DNA from: an uncultured Pirellulaceae bacterium
GTDB lineage: Bacteria; Planctomycetota; Planctomycetia; Pirellulales; Pirellulaceae
Assembly (NCBI GenBank): GCA_937929805.1
Contig: CALFUT010000003.1
Location: 730 to 64,729, forward strand
DNA: 64,000 bases
Direction of reading: 5' to 3'
Both the position numbers and the translations under genes were made by a program. Below are positions 9,764-18,575 of this stretch, piece after piece. The first letter of the stretch is position 1, and the number at the start of each line of letters is the position of its first letter. The notes under the pieces are model-generated. The model searched no databases, was not told the DNA's origin, and saw only the letters and a list, made by a program, of their open reading frames with translations.

Positions 9764-10228
9764 GAAAATTATTCACGAATTCCCAAGTTAGAATTCTTTT
9801 AACCAACCGCAATGAACGCATTGCCAAAGCCGCGGCTAGACCCACGAATGTTTGACTTTGTACGCTTGGCGAACGAAGTGAATTTCATCTACCCATAAGA
9901 CGCCCTAACGGCACCCATCTCTGTATCAAGGCAATCAGAATATGCCTGCTAAACATTGCCGACTGCGGGTTCCCGATCACTCGATCGGATTGCAGGGAAA
10001 TGGTGGGTACAGGTAGACCTTTTGCAGCTTATTCTCAATCGCTGGAGCCAAAACCTTCTAGCTCCACCACCGATCGCGGCTCCCCGATGGACAAAAACAT
10101 CGTTACGATCGGGTTCAACCCAACCACCTTAAGCCGACAATCGCGATGCAAAACCGTAAGCTCACATACAATCGCTTGAGTTCACCGGAAACCGCTATCG
10201 ACCGGACAACCTCTGAAGGGAACGTCAA

Positions 10229-10657
10229 ATGACTGAGTGGATTCAACACAACCTTGTCCTGCCTCATTTCAAACGGGGTTTTCACTTGGTCACCCATTTG
10301 GTCGAGGATTCGATCCCGGAATTGAGCCAGTTCCAAGTCGGATGGCTGCAAGTGTTTATCCAGCACACTTCGGCCAGCCTAACGATCAACGAGAATGCGG
10401 ATCCCGATGTTCGAGTTGATATGGAAACCGCAGCCAATCAGCTTTGCCCCGAAAGCTCGCCGTTTATCCACACGTGTGAGGGCCCGGACGACATGCCGGC
10501 GCATGTGAAAGCGTCAATGTTTGGAGCCAATCTAATGATCCCGATCGCCGACGGCCGGCTGGCTCTAGGAACTTGGCAGGGGATTTATCTGTGTGAGCAT
10601 CGCGATCACGGCGGTCGACGTCGCCTAGTGCTAACGCTGACGGGCGCGACTAAGTAA
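10229..10657 (+). CDS. yjbQ: YjbQ/UPF0047 family protein
   Basis: HTSASLTINENADPDV, DDMPAHVKAS and LGTWQGIYLCEHR signature motifs. Confidence 0.95.
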   Translation: MTEWIQHNLVLPHFKRGFHLVTHLVEDSIPELSQFQVGWLQVFIQHTSASLTINENADPDVRVDMETAANQLCPESSPFIHTCEGPDDMPAHVKASMFGANLMIPIADGRLALGTWQGIYLCEHRDHGGRRRLVLTLTGATK

Positions 10658-10677
10658 AAAATGCCTGAGGAACAAAA

Positions 10678-11064
10678 ATGAATCAACCACAGCAACCGAT
10701 TCCGTGGGTCCGACTCGCCGCAGGCATGGTTGGGGCGATCGTTGGAGCGATCGTCGGTGGATGGATCTACAATTGGGGTATCCGCCAAGGGCTGGACGCA
10801 CCCATGATTCCCGGAACCGCGATTGGGTTCGGTGTTTTATCAGCGGCCAAAGTTGGTCGGCTGGAGTTGGGGATTTTGTCCGCGGTCGTCGCGTTGGTTG
10901 CCGGACTCTATTTGGAATGGTCAAATTTCCCGTTCGTTGCTGATGACGGCATCGGATACTTTTTGTCTCATCTGCACTCCCTTCAACCATTAAAGATTTT
11001 GATGATTGCCGCGAGTGTTTTTATTGCGTTTTTCATCGGACGTGGTCGCGAGCACACTCATTAA
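10678..11064 (+). CDS. Small hydrophobic membrane protein
   Basis: GAGGA SD; Gly/Ala-rich TM helices; likely co-transcribed with yjbQ. Confidence 0.7.
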   Translation: MNQPQQPIPWVRLAAGMVGAIVGAIVGGWIYNWGIRQGLDAPMIPGTAIGFGVLSAAKVGRLELGILSAVVALVAGLYLEWSNFPFVADDGIGYFLSHLHSLQPLKILMIAASVFIAFFIGRGREHTH

Positions 11065-11127
11065 GAAAGACCAACTCATTGAGCACGTCGTGTTGGCTCT
11101 TTCCGTTCAATCGTTTCTACTTCAACG

Positions 11128-13980
11128 ATGACCCTGACCGAACAAAAAACTCAAATCGACTCACCGCGCCTTGATCAAGTGATTCGTGTCGTCAACGCAC
11201 GCACACACAACTTGAAAAGTGTGAACGTCGACATCCCACGCAACCAACTGGTGGTCATCACCGGGCGAAGCGGAAGCGGGAAAAGCTCCTTAGCGTTCGA
11301 CACAATTTACGCCGAAGGACAACGACAGTTCATGGAAACGTTGTCGTTGCACTCTCGGCAGTTTCTCAATTCACTCCCGCGAGCAGACGTCGACCGCGTT
11401 GATGGTCTTCAGCCAACGCTGTGCGTCGACCAGAATTATCGAGCCCGCAACCGCCGCAGCACCGTTGGCACGATCACCGAGATCTATCACTACCTGACCT
11501 TGCTTGTGGCACGAGTCGGAGAAATTCATTGCCACGGATGCGGACAACCGATCCAGCAGCAATCACCATCGCAGATCCGCGACGCGCTGATGAGTTTACC
11601 CGAAAGAACCAAGCTGATGGTCCTTGCGCCGATGGTCAGCGATCAAAAGGGGCAGCATCAGGAAACGTTTCGTGCAATTCGACGGGAACGTTTGGTACGT
11701 TTGCGTGTCGATGGCAGCGTCGTGGATATCGATTCGGTTCCCGAACTTGCTGCGGGGAAAAAACATAGTATCGAAGCCGTCACGGATCGCATCATCGTGC
11801 GCGACGGCGTTGAAGGTCGCTTGCTGGAAGCGATTGACAATGCGGTCCGATTAGCAGACGGGACACTGATCATCTGCTCACTTGCACCAGAAGATCGAGA
11901 CGCTGACAAATGGCAAGAAAAAATCTATAGCACTCGCTACGCGTGCCCGGAATGCGACATCCACTACGCCGAAGTTTCTCCTCGGACATTCAGCTTCAAC
12001 AGTCCGTTTGGCGCTTGCGATGCCTGTGAAGGAGTCGGCTCAACGATCGCATTCGATCCCGAAATCGTCGTCGGCGATCGTGCACTTTCCATTTCAGATG
12101 GAGCCATCGCCGCATGGCGCGGCTTAACCAAAGCGGGCATCAAGAAGCAAACTCAATTGCTCACACCGATCCTTCATAAGGTCGGCGGTTCGCCCGACAC
12201 ACCGTTGGCTGAACTGGACTCAGAAACTTGGCACACGTTTTTGTATTCTCTGGACGAAGATGCGCCGGGGCTGATGGCGTTGCTGGAGCGTGAGTTCGCA
12301 ACGTCAATGGACGACGACCGCTTGGACCAACTTGAGGACATGATCGATCGAGTGCCTTGCGTTGCTTGCGAAGGATCGCGACTGAACGATCAGGCGAGAT
12401 CGGTTTTTCTGGAAGACAAACATCTTGGGCAGATTGTTGACCTGCCGATCGACCAAGCGGCATCTTTCTTTCAATCTCTTTCGCTTCAAGGTGACAACCA
12501 GATCATCGCCCAGCCACTGCTCGCGGAGATCACGACACGTTTGCAGTATTTGATCTCGGTCGGCATTGGTTATCAAACACTGGGCCGATCCGCCGACACG
12601 CTCTCCGGCGGCGAACACCAACGGGCCCGTCTTGCAACGTCGATTGGCTCGGGTCTGACCAGCGTGTGTTTTGTGTTGGACGAGCCATCGATCGGCTTGC
12701 ACCGGCGCGACAATGAGCGGTTGATTAAGATCATTCGAGATTTGCAGCAAGCGGGGAACTCATTAATTGTCGTCGAACATGACGAGGCTTTGATTCGATC
12801 GGCCGACCATCTGATTGACATGGGACCGGCTGCCGGTGAGGACGGAGGCGAAGTCATCGCAGCGGGAACCGTTGAAGAAGTTTGCGATACACCTAATAGC
12901 TTGACGGGAAAGTACCTCAATCAAGAAAAGCGAATCTCGACCCCCAAGTCACGACGGACCGTCTCAGCCGTCGCCGTTTCGATCAAGGGAGCGACCGGTA
13001 ACAACCTTAAACAAGTCGATGTCGATATTCCGTCCGAAGCCTTCGTTTGTGTTACCGGTGTCAGTGGTAGCGGGAAGAGCACGCTGATCAACGACACGCT
13101 CGTTCCTGCCGTCCAACGCAAGCTTGGCTTGCTGACTCATTCCACAGCGGCGTGTGAAAGCGTTCAAATCCATGCGCCTTTCCAGCAACTGATTGTGATC
13201 GATCAACAACCGATCGGACGATCGGTTCGCGGCTGCCCGGCGACTTACGTTGGAATTCTAGACGAGCTACGGAAACTGTTCGCGGCAACCAAGCAAGCCA
13301 AGCTACTCGGGTTTGGGAAATCTCGTTTCAGCTTCAACACGAAAGCCGGTTGGTGCCCTGAGTGCAAAGGGCAGGGCACACGAAAAGTGGAAATGAGTTT
13401 TCTCCCGGATGTTTATGCCGAGTGCGAACTTTGCGGCGGCAGCCGATTCGATCATGCAGTCTTGCAAGTCAAGTTTATTGATTTGTCGATCGCTCAGACG
13501 TTGAACCTTTCCATCAACCAAGCGTTGAAACGGTTCGATGGGTTTACACAACTCACAAAGCGCCTGCAAGCTCTCGCGGATGTTGGTCTGGGCTATTTGA
13601 AACTTGGGCAGGCTGCCAACACGCTGTCCGGAGGCGAACTGCAACGCATCAAGTTGGCCGCTTACTTGGCAAAAAAATTGACTGGCAACGCACCCGAAAA
13701 CCAGCGGACGTTGTTCGTCATGGACGAACCCACGACCGGCCTGCACTTTGAGGATGTGAATGAGCTGATATCAGTGCTGCAAAAACTGGTCGACGCTGGT
13801 GACTCTTTGGTGGTGATCGAACACAATCTGGACGTCATCAAATGTGCGGACTGGGTAATCGATCTTGGGCCCGAGGGAGGGCAGGGCGGTGGAGAAGTTT
13901 TGGCTGTCGGCACACCAGAGCAAGTTGCTGCGGATGAGCGATCTTGGACCGGGCGTTTCCTTAGTAAAGTCTTGGGGTGA
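11128..13980 (+). CDS. uvrA: Excinuclease ABC subunit A
   Basis: Two ABC modules (GRSGSGKSS, GVSGSGKST; LSGGE x2), Cys4 zinc motifs and ARTHNLK. Confidence 0.96.
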   Translation: MTLTEQKTQIDSPRLDQVIRVVNARTHNLKSVNVDIPRNQLVVITGRSGSGKSSLAFDTIYAEGQRQFMETLSLHSRQFLNSLPRADVDRVDGLQPTLCVDQNYRARNRRSTVGTITEIYHYLTLLVARVGEIHCHGCGQPIQQQSPSQIRDALMSLPERTKLMVLAPMVSDQKGQHQETFRAIRRERLVRLRVDGSVVDIDSVPELAAGKKHSIEAVTDRIIVRDGVEGRLLEAIDNAVRLADGTLIICSLAPEDRDADKWQEKIYSTRYACPECDIHYAEVSPRTFSFNSPFGACDACEGVGSTIAFDPEIVVGDRALSISDGAIAAWRGLTKAGIKKQTQLLTPILHKVGGSPDTPLAELDSETWHTFLYSLDEDAPGLMALLEREFATSMDDDRLDQLEDMIDRVPCVACEGSRLNDQARSVFLEDKHLGQIVDLPIDQAASFFQSLSLQGDNQIIAQPLLAEITTRLQYLISVGIGYQTLGRSADTLSGGEHQRARLATSIGSGLTSVCFVLDEPSIGLHRRDNERLIKIIRDLQQAGNSLIVVEHDEALIRSADHLIDMGPAAGEDGGEVIAAGTVEEVCDTPNSLTGKYLNQEKRISTPKSRRTVSAVAVSIKGATGNNLKQVDVDIPSEAFVCVTGVSGSGKSTLINDTLVPAVQRKLGLLTHSTAACESVQIHAPFQQLIVIDQQPIGRSVRGCPATYVGILDELRKLFAATKQAKLLGFGKSRFSFNTKAGWCPECKGQGTRKVEMSFLPDVYAECELCGGSRFDHAVLQVKFIDLSIAQTLNLSINQALKRFDGFTQLTKRLQALADVGLGYLKLGQAANTLSGGELQRIKLAAYLAKKLTGNAPENQRTLFVMDEPTTGLHFEDVNELISVLQKLVDAGDSLVVIEHNLDVIKCADWVIDLGPEGGQGGGEVLAVGTPEQVAADERSWTGRFLSKVLG

Positions 13981-14013
13981 CAGCGCCACGTTCGCTGAAT
14001 GAAACCGATACTT

Positions 14014-14223
14014 GGGGGGGTAAGGCTCCGTCCGCACCCATCTCACCAACACGCGTGACGCTCCCAACGCGGCTCGGACGGAGCCTCGGCCCTCCCGAAC
14101 ACCCAACGTCCGGTACGGCGTCACGCCGCCCGCACATGTCCGGGACGGCAATCCTCCGTCCGCACCCATCTCACCCCAACGCAATTTGCCCCGCGCGGCT
14201 CGGGCGGAGCCTCGGCCTCCCGA
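14014..14223. repeat. Two tandem REP-like palindromic units (family B)
   Basis: CTCCGTCCGCACCCATCTCACC...CGCGGCTCGG(A/G)CGGAGCCTCGG..CTCCCGA occurs twice, each with a CTCCGTCCG/CGGACGGAG inverted pair. Related copy at 32894..32975. Confidence 0.75.
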
Positions 14224-14313
14224 GGACATTCCGCGTTCGGGTTTCATCTGTTGTCGATTGGGCAATCGCGATAGACTTTGTCTATCAATTCACCGTGACT
14301 CGGAACCGAAATC

Positions 14314-15468
14314 GTGCAGCAAATTTACCTAGACTACAACGCGACCACGCCCGTCGCCCCCAGCGTCGTCGAAGCGATGCAGACGTTTCTGACCGGCCAC
14401 TACGGTAACCCATCTAGCAGTCACGCGATGGGTCGAGCCGCTGCCGAAGCGATTGAAGATGCTCGTTCCAAGCTTTCGGTATTTCTAGGCTGCGACCGTG
14501 ACGAAGTCATTTTTACCAGCGGTGGAACGGAGAGCAACAATTTCGCGATCAAGGGAATCATGTTGAAAGGCGTTCAGATTGGAAACGCCTACGCCGCTCG
14601 GCCGCCTCATTTGGTAATCTCCGCGATTGAACACCCCGCCGTCAGCCAACCAGCAAAATTCCTTGAGCGAATGGGGTGCGAGGTGACGACGGTCGACTGT
14701 GACGGAGACGGGGTCGTCTGCCCAAATGACGTCGAGGCCGCCATCCAACCGAATACCCGGCTGGTCAGCATCATGCACGCGAACAACGAAATTGGCACGA
14801 TCCAACCAATTCGACGCATCGCGGAAGTATGCCATCGTGAGGGAGTGCTGATCCACACGGACGCCTCTCAGAGCGCCGGGAAGATCTCCACGACCGTTGA
14901 TGAACTGGGCGTTGATCTATTGACGATCGCCGGTCACAAATTTTATGGACCCAAAGGAGTCGGGGCATTGTTCATCCGTGAAGGATTGGAACTGGAACCT
15001 CACTTGCACGGGGCCGGGCACGAACAAGGATTACGAGCCGGCACTGAGAATACGGCTTACATCGTCGGGATGGCTCAGGCCGCAAACCTCGTTGGCAAAT
15101 CATTGGATGACTCGTACGAGAAAATGTCAGAGCTGCGTGACCTCTTGCAGGAACGGCTAGTCGCGTCGGTTCCCGGCCTGCACGTCAACGGCGGATTGGC
15201 CGAACGACTTCCAAACACGTTAAGCGTTTCGTTTCCAAGAGTTGCCGGGCATGAGTTGCTTGCTCGAGTTCCGGAAATTTGTTGCTCGACGTCATCGGCC
15301 TGCCATAGCGATGGCGTTTCCGGATCGGCGACCCTTGCTGCAATGGGAGCGTCGCCGGAACGAATGGCTGGCAAGGTTCGGTTAAGCGTCGGCTGGCACA
15401 CGTCAACCGAAGAAGTTGAACGATCGGCCGAGGTACTGATCGGCGCGTGGGAAAGTATGGCAGGATGA
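14314..15468 (+). CDS. Cysteine desulfurase / selenocysteine lyase family PLP enzyme (class V aminotransferase)
   Basis: IYLDYNATTP, FTSGGTESNN, MHANNEIG, PLP lysine in GHKFYGPKG, catalytic Cys in SSACHS. Confidence 0.92.
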   Translation: MQQIYLDYNATTPVAPSVVEAMQTFLTGHYGNPSSSHAMGRAAAEAIEDARSKLSVFLGCDRDEVIFTSGGTESNNFAIKGIMLKGVQIGNAYAARPPHLVISAIEHPAVSQPAKFLERMGCEVTTVDCDGDGVVCPNDVEAAIQPNTRLVSIMHANNEIGTIQPIRRIAEVCHREGVLIHTDASQSAGKISTTVDELGVDLLTIAGHKFYGPKGVGALFIREGLELEPHLHGAGHEQGLRAGTENTAYIVGMAQAANLVGKSLDDSYEKMSELRDLLQERLVASVPGLHVNGGLAERLPNTLSVSFPRVAGHELLARVPEICCSTSSACHSDGVSGSATLAAMGASPERMAGKVRLSVGWHTSTEEVERSAEVLIGAWESMAG

Positions 15469-15561
15469 AACGCTAACTTTCTTGGAACTTATTCTTACAG
15501 GCTGGCGGCTAACGACAACGTCAGCGATGCACCCCGAAACTGCGCGAACTAGACCCTGCGA

Positions 15562-16212
15562 ATGCTTGTTTCTCACACTCACAAGTTTGTCTTCATCCAC
15601 ATCTACAAGACAGCTGGAACCAGCATCGCTAAAGCGCTTGCTCCGTACAATGTTTCTCCTTACAAACGCCGGGCCAGTCGGGTATTGAAACGACTTCGCC
15701 TTCCGTCCCCGTCGACTTGGAACACGGGATTGTCGGTAGAACATAAGACTGCCGTTGAAGCCCGCGATCGTCTGGGGAATGAGGTCTTTGACGAGTATTT
15801 TTCGTTCGCTTTCGTCAGGAACCCTTGGGACTGGCAGCTTTCTGTTTATCAACATGTCGTCCGAAACGAGAGGCATGCGTTGCACAAAAGAGTTGCCGAT
15901 CTTGCCAGTTTCGAAAACTACGTTCACTGGCTTTGTGATCAGTCCATTCAGCACCGCGACGATCGTTGTCAGATTGATTTTCTGCGGGATCTGTCAGGAA
16001 ACTTATTGGTCGACTTCGTCGGTCGATTTGAATCGTTGACAACCGACTTTGCGCATGTGTGTCGGCGGATTGGGGTCGAGTCCACGCTTCCAAAATTGAA
16101 CACCGCTGATCGCCGCGTCGATTATCGAACTTGCTACAGCGATCGCACAATTGACTTGATAGCGAACAAATACGCCGACGATATCCAAGCGTTTGGGTAT
16201 CGATTTGATTAG
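15562..16212 (+). CDS. Sulfotransferase family 2 protein
   Basis: 5'-PSB motif FIHIYKTAGTSI, 3'-PB motif FVRNPWDWQLSVY, and DFVGRFESL. Confidence 0.88.
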   Translation: MLVSHTHKFVFIHIYKTAGTSIAKALAPYNVSPYKRRASRVLKRLRLPSPSTWNTGLSVEHKTAVEARDRLGNEVFDEYFSFAFVRNPWDWQLSVYQHVVRNERHALHKRVADLASFENYVHWLCDQSIQHRDDRCQIDFLRDLSGNLLVDFVGRFESLTTDFAHVCRRIGVESTLPKLNTADRRVDYRTCYSDRTIDLIANKYADDIQAFGYRFD

Positions 16213-16353
16213 GCGGCCAAGGGATAGTCCTCGGATGTCTGCTTCACGAACTACAACGCAAGGCGCTACCGACAAAGCGTTAATAGCCAGCAATAAGCAG
16301 TGATTTGTTTCAGCAGCCATAAACGATGCAGAACGGTCTATGGCATACAGCGC

Positions 16354-16393
16354 AAAAAAAGGCCGCTCGACCTAATGATGATCGAGCGACCTT
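16354..16393 (-). terminator. Intrinsic terminator of the YTV-protein gene
   Basis: On - strand, AAGGTCGCTCGA...TCGAGCGGCCTT stem followed by a 7-U tract. Confidence 0.75.
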
Positions 16394-16438
16394 GTATGTT
16401 GACCAGACTTACTTCCTGGTTAAGAAAGCCAGTTTGGC

Positions 16439-18022
16439 TTAGTTACATCCGCAATCTGCTACAGGAGCAGCTTCGCATCCGCATCCGCAATCTGCTGGAG
16501 CAGCGTCGCAGCAGCTGTTTGAGCGACATCCGCAACCTGCGAACAGGCCACGAATTCGAGCACCAAGACCACGAAGGCGACCACCAAGGCCACATCCGCA
16601 TCCAGCACCAGCTCCAGCACCACATCCACCAGCACCAAAGCCAGCAGCACCAGCACCAGCACCGTCGTATCCACCGAATCCGCCGTCGATTCCAGCAGCA
16701 CCGCCGCAAGCATCAACTGCTGGAGCAGCGTTGACAGTAACAGGAACCTGAGTCTCAACAACTCGTGGAACGCAGATGTTTACTGTGTAAGGAACTTGTG
16801 AAGCAACTTTCTTGCATCGCTGAACAGTCTTCATCTCAGTTACCTTGCGGCAAACTGTGAATGGAACCTGGCGAGTCTTAGTTTCGCAAACCATGCGTGT
16901 TGTGCAAACTGGAACCTGCTTAGATTGCTGCTCGCAAACCATGCGTGTTACAGTGTAGTTCTCAACTCGGCTCTTTGGCTCGCAAACCATGCGTGTTGTG
17001 CAGTAGTTGACAGTCTTAGTGACTGGCTCGCATACCATACGTGTTACGCAGTAGTTAACTTGCTTCGAACGAGTTTCGCACTTGTAAGAAGTGGTTGTGC
17101 AAGGAACTTGCTTGCTAACAGTTTCGCAAACCATGCGTGTGCATGTGTAAGGAACTTGCTTGCAAACCTTCTCGCAACGGTACTTCGTTACGCAAACTTG
17201 CTTAGTTTCGCATGATGGAACCCAAACCTTTTTGCATACGGTGCGATCAGGAGTCTTGCAACAAACCTTCTCGCAAGAACCTGGGCAGAATGAACGACAT
17301 CCTGTGCAAGGATCAGTTGACCAGCTGCCTGGTGTGCGTACTCGCTTTGAGTAGCTACGGCCAGGAACAACGCTAGTCTGAGTCTGCCAGCTTCCACCAC
17401 GAACAGTTACGTTCTTGGTTTCTGTGTAAGGAACGCGGATCGTGCTTGTAACAGTACGAGTCTTTGTTTCTGTGACAGGACGACGAACAACTGAGTTAAC
17501 AGTCTTCATAACAGTGTTAGTAACAGGAACGCGAACTGTGTAGTTTACAGTGCGTGTCTTCTGCTCAGTCACTGGACGACGAACGTACGAAGTGACTTCT
17601 TTCGAGTGCTGCTCTGTGACAGGTCGCTTAACAGTGTAGTTGATTGTACGCTGCTTAGTCTCTGTAACAGGTCGCTTGACTGTGTAGTTTACAGTCTTGT
17701 ACGTTGTCTCTTTGACGGGACGCTGTACAGTGTAGCTTTCTTCTCGCATTTGGGTCTCTCGAACCATGCGAGTGACAGGAACCTGAACGTTCTCGGTAAC
17801 TGTGTTGTACACAGTTCGGTAACGTGTTTCCTGACGGGTTTCGTTAACAACGCTTTTAACAGTCTTCATAACTGTGTAACTGCATCCACAATCGGATGCA
17901 GGAGCAGCTGCGGCAACTGCGTCGTAGCTTGCGCCACCACAACATTGGCCCCAGCTGAAGCTGGCTGACATGGCAGCAGCTGCGAATGCTGCTGAGGTCA
18001 ACAGACTTCTTACCAATTTCAT
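16439..18022 (-). CDS. Secreted Cys-rich YTV-repeat structural protein (planctomycete envelope type)
   Basis: GGAG SD before ATG 18022, signal peptide, repeated YTV(K/R)RPVTE and TRMVCE 16-mers, Gly/Cys-rich C-terminus. Strongly biased third-position codon usage typical of high expression. Confidence 0.88.
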   Translation of the reverse strand: MKLVRSLLTSAAFAAAAMSASFSWGQCCGGASYDAVAAAAPASDCGCSYTVMKTVKSVVNETRQETRYRTVYNTVTENVQVPVTRMVRETQMREESYTVQRPVKETTYKTVNYTVKRPVTETKQRTINYTVKRPVTEQHSKEVTSYVRRPVTEQKTRTVNYTVRVPVTNTVMKTVNSVVRRPVTETKTRTVTSTIRVPYTETKNVTVRGGSWQTQTSVVPGRSYSKRVRTPGSWSTDPCTGCRSFCPGSCEKVCCKTPDRTVCKKVWVPSCETKQVCVTKYRCEKVCKQVPYTCTRMVCETVSKQVPCTTTSYKCETRSKQVNYCVTRMVCEPVTKTVNYCTTRMVCEPKSRVENYTVTRMVCEQQSKQVPVCTTRMVCETKTRQVPFTVCRKVTEMKTVQRCKKVASQVPYTVNICVPRVVETQVPVTVNAAPAVDACGGAAGIDGGFGGYDGAGAGAAGFGAGGCGAGAGAGCGCGLGGRLRGLGARIRGLFAGCGCRSNSCCDAAPADCGCGCEAAPVADCGCN

Positions 18023-18075
18023 CTTAATGTCTCCAATAAACTGACGTTTCAAAACCTTGGAGGCAGCATCTGGTC

Positions 18076-18092
18076 TGGTGAAACATTCACCA
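18076..18092. promoter_or_regulatory. Perfect palindrome TGGTGAA-ACA-TTCACCA, Rex-operator-like
   Basis: 7-bp perfect arms 54 nt upstream of the YTV start, in the interval shared with divergent rex. The spacer is 3 bp rather than the canonical 4. Confidence 0.35.
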
Positions 18093-18575
18093 TGCCTACC
18101 GTTTCAAGACTTTTCCTTGCCTGGCAAAGCGCCGTTTCTATTTCGGGCCGGCTTCGCGACAGGGCTGGAATGTGTGGACAACTCCCGTTCATCCACCTTG
18201 CAAAGGTCCTCCTGACCGTTTGAGAATCGGTCACCGGTTAACTCTGGGATGAATAGCTAATTCAGATGGGTCAAGAAACGCAGAAATGATAGGCAGACTG
18301 TAGCGGTTATTCTGGTTGCCTTAGTCGGCGACTTCAAAACAACAGGGAAACAGATGCCACCAAGCTTTTCAGGCAGGGTAAACTGGCCGGTGCAACAAGA
18401 CATTAAGACGTAACGACTGCACAGCCCAAGCTTATTGCCCAGTCCGTTACGAATTTTCAAGTCGATCGCGTCCTATTAGAATTGCGACTGCGATCCAACT
18501 TGTTATGCGGTTCGGCAGAGCCATTAGGAACCGCGAAATCGGAGACGCCAAACATTCCAATTTGAGGGCGACGTA

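Noticed and set aside
9763-9780. Rex site (TTCACGAA half)
   Set aside because: Only one half-site; the other half reads AGAAA instead of GTGAA.
10464-10472. Perfect DnaA box TTATCCACA
   Set aside because: Single copy inside the yjbQ coding sequence, with no cluster or AT-rich unwinding element; compatible with chance.
11128-13980. Unusual or inactive uvrA paralogue
   Set aside because: Both ABC modules, zinc motifs and signature motifs are intact; nothing abnormal is visible without a phylogeny.
13771-14408. ORFs 13771..14265 (-) and 13977..14408 (+)
   Set aside because: They read through REP repeats and overlap uvrA or the desulfurase; no protein-like motifs.
16300-17968. His/Gln-rich and Cys/Trp-rich plus-strand ORFs
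   Set aside because: Antisense shadows of the repetitive YTV gene.
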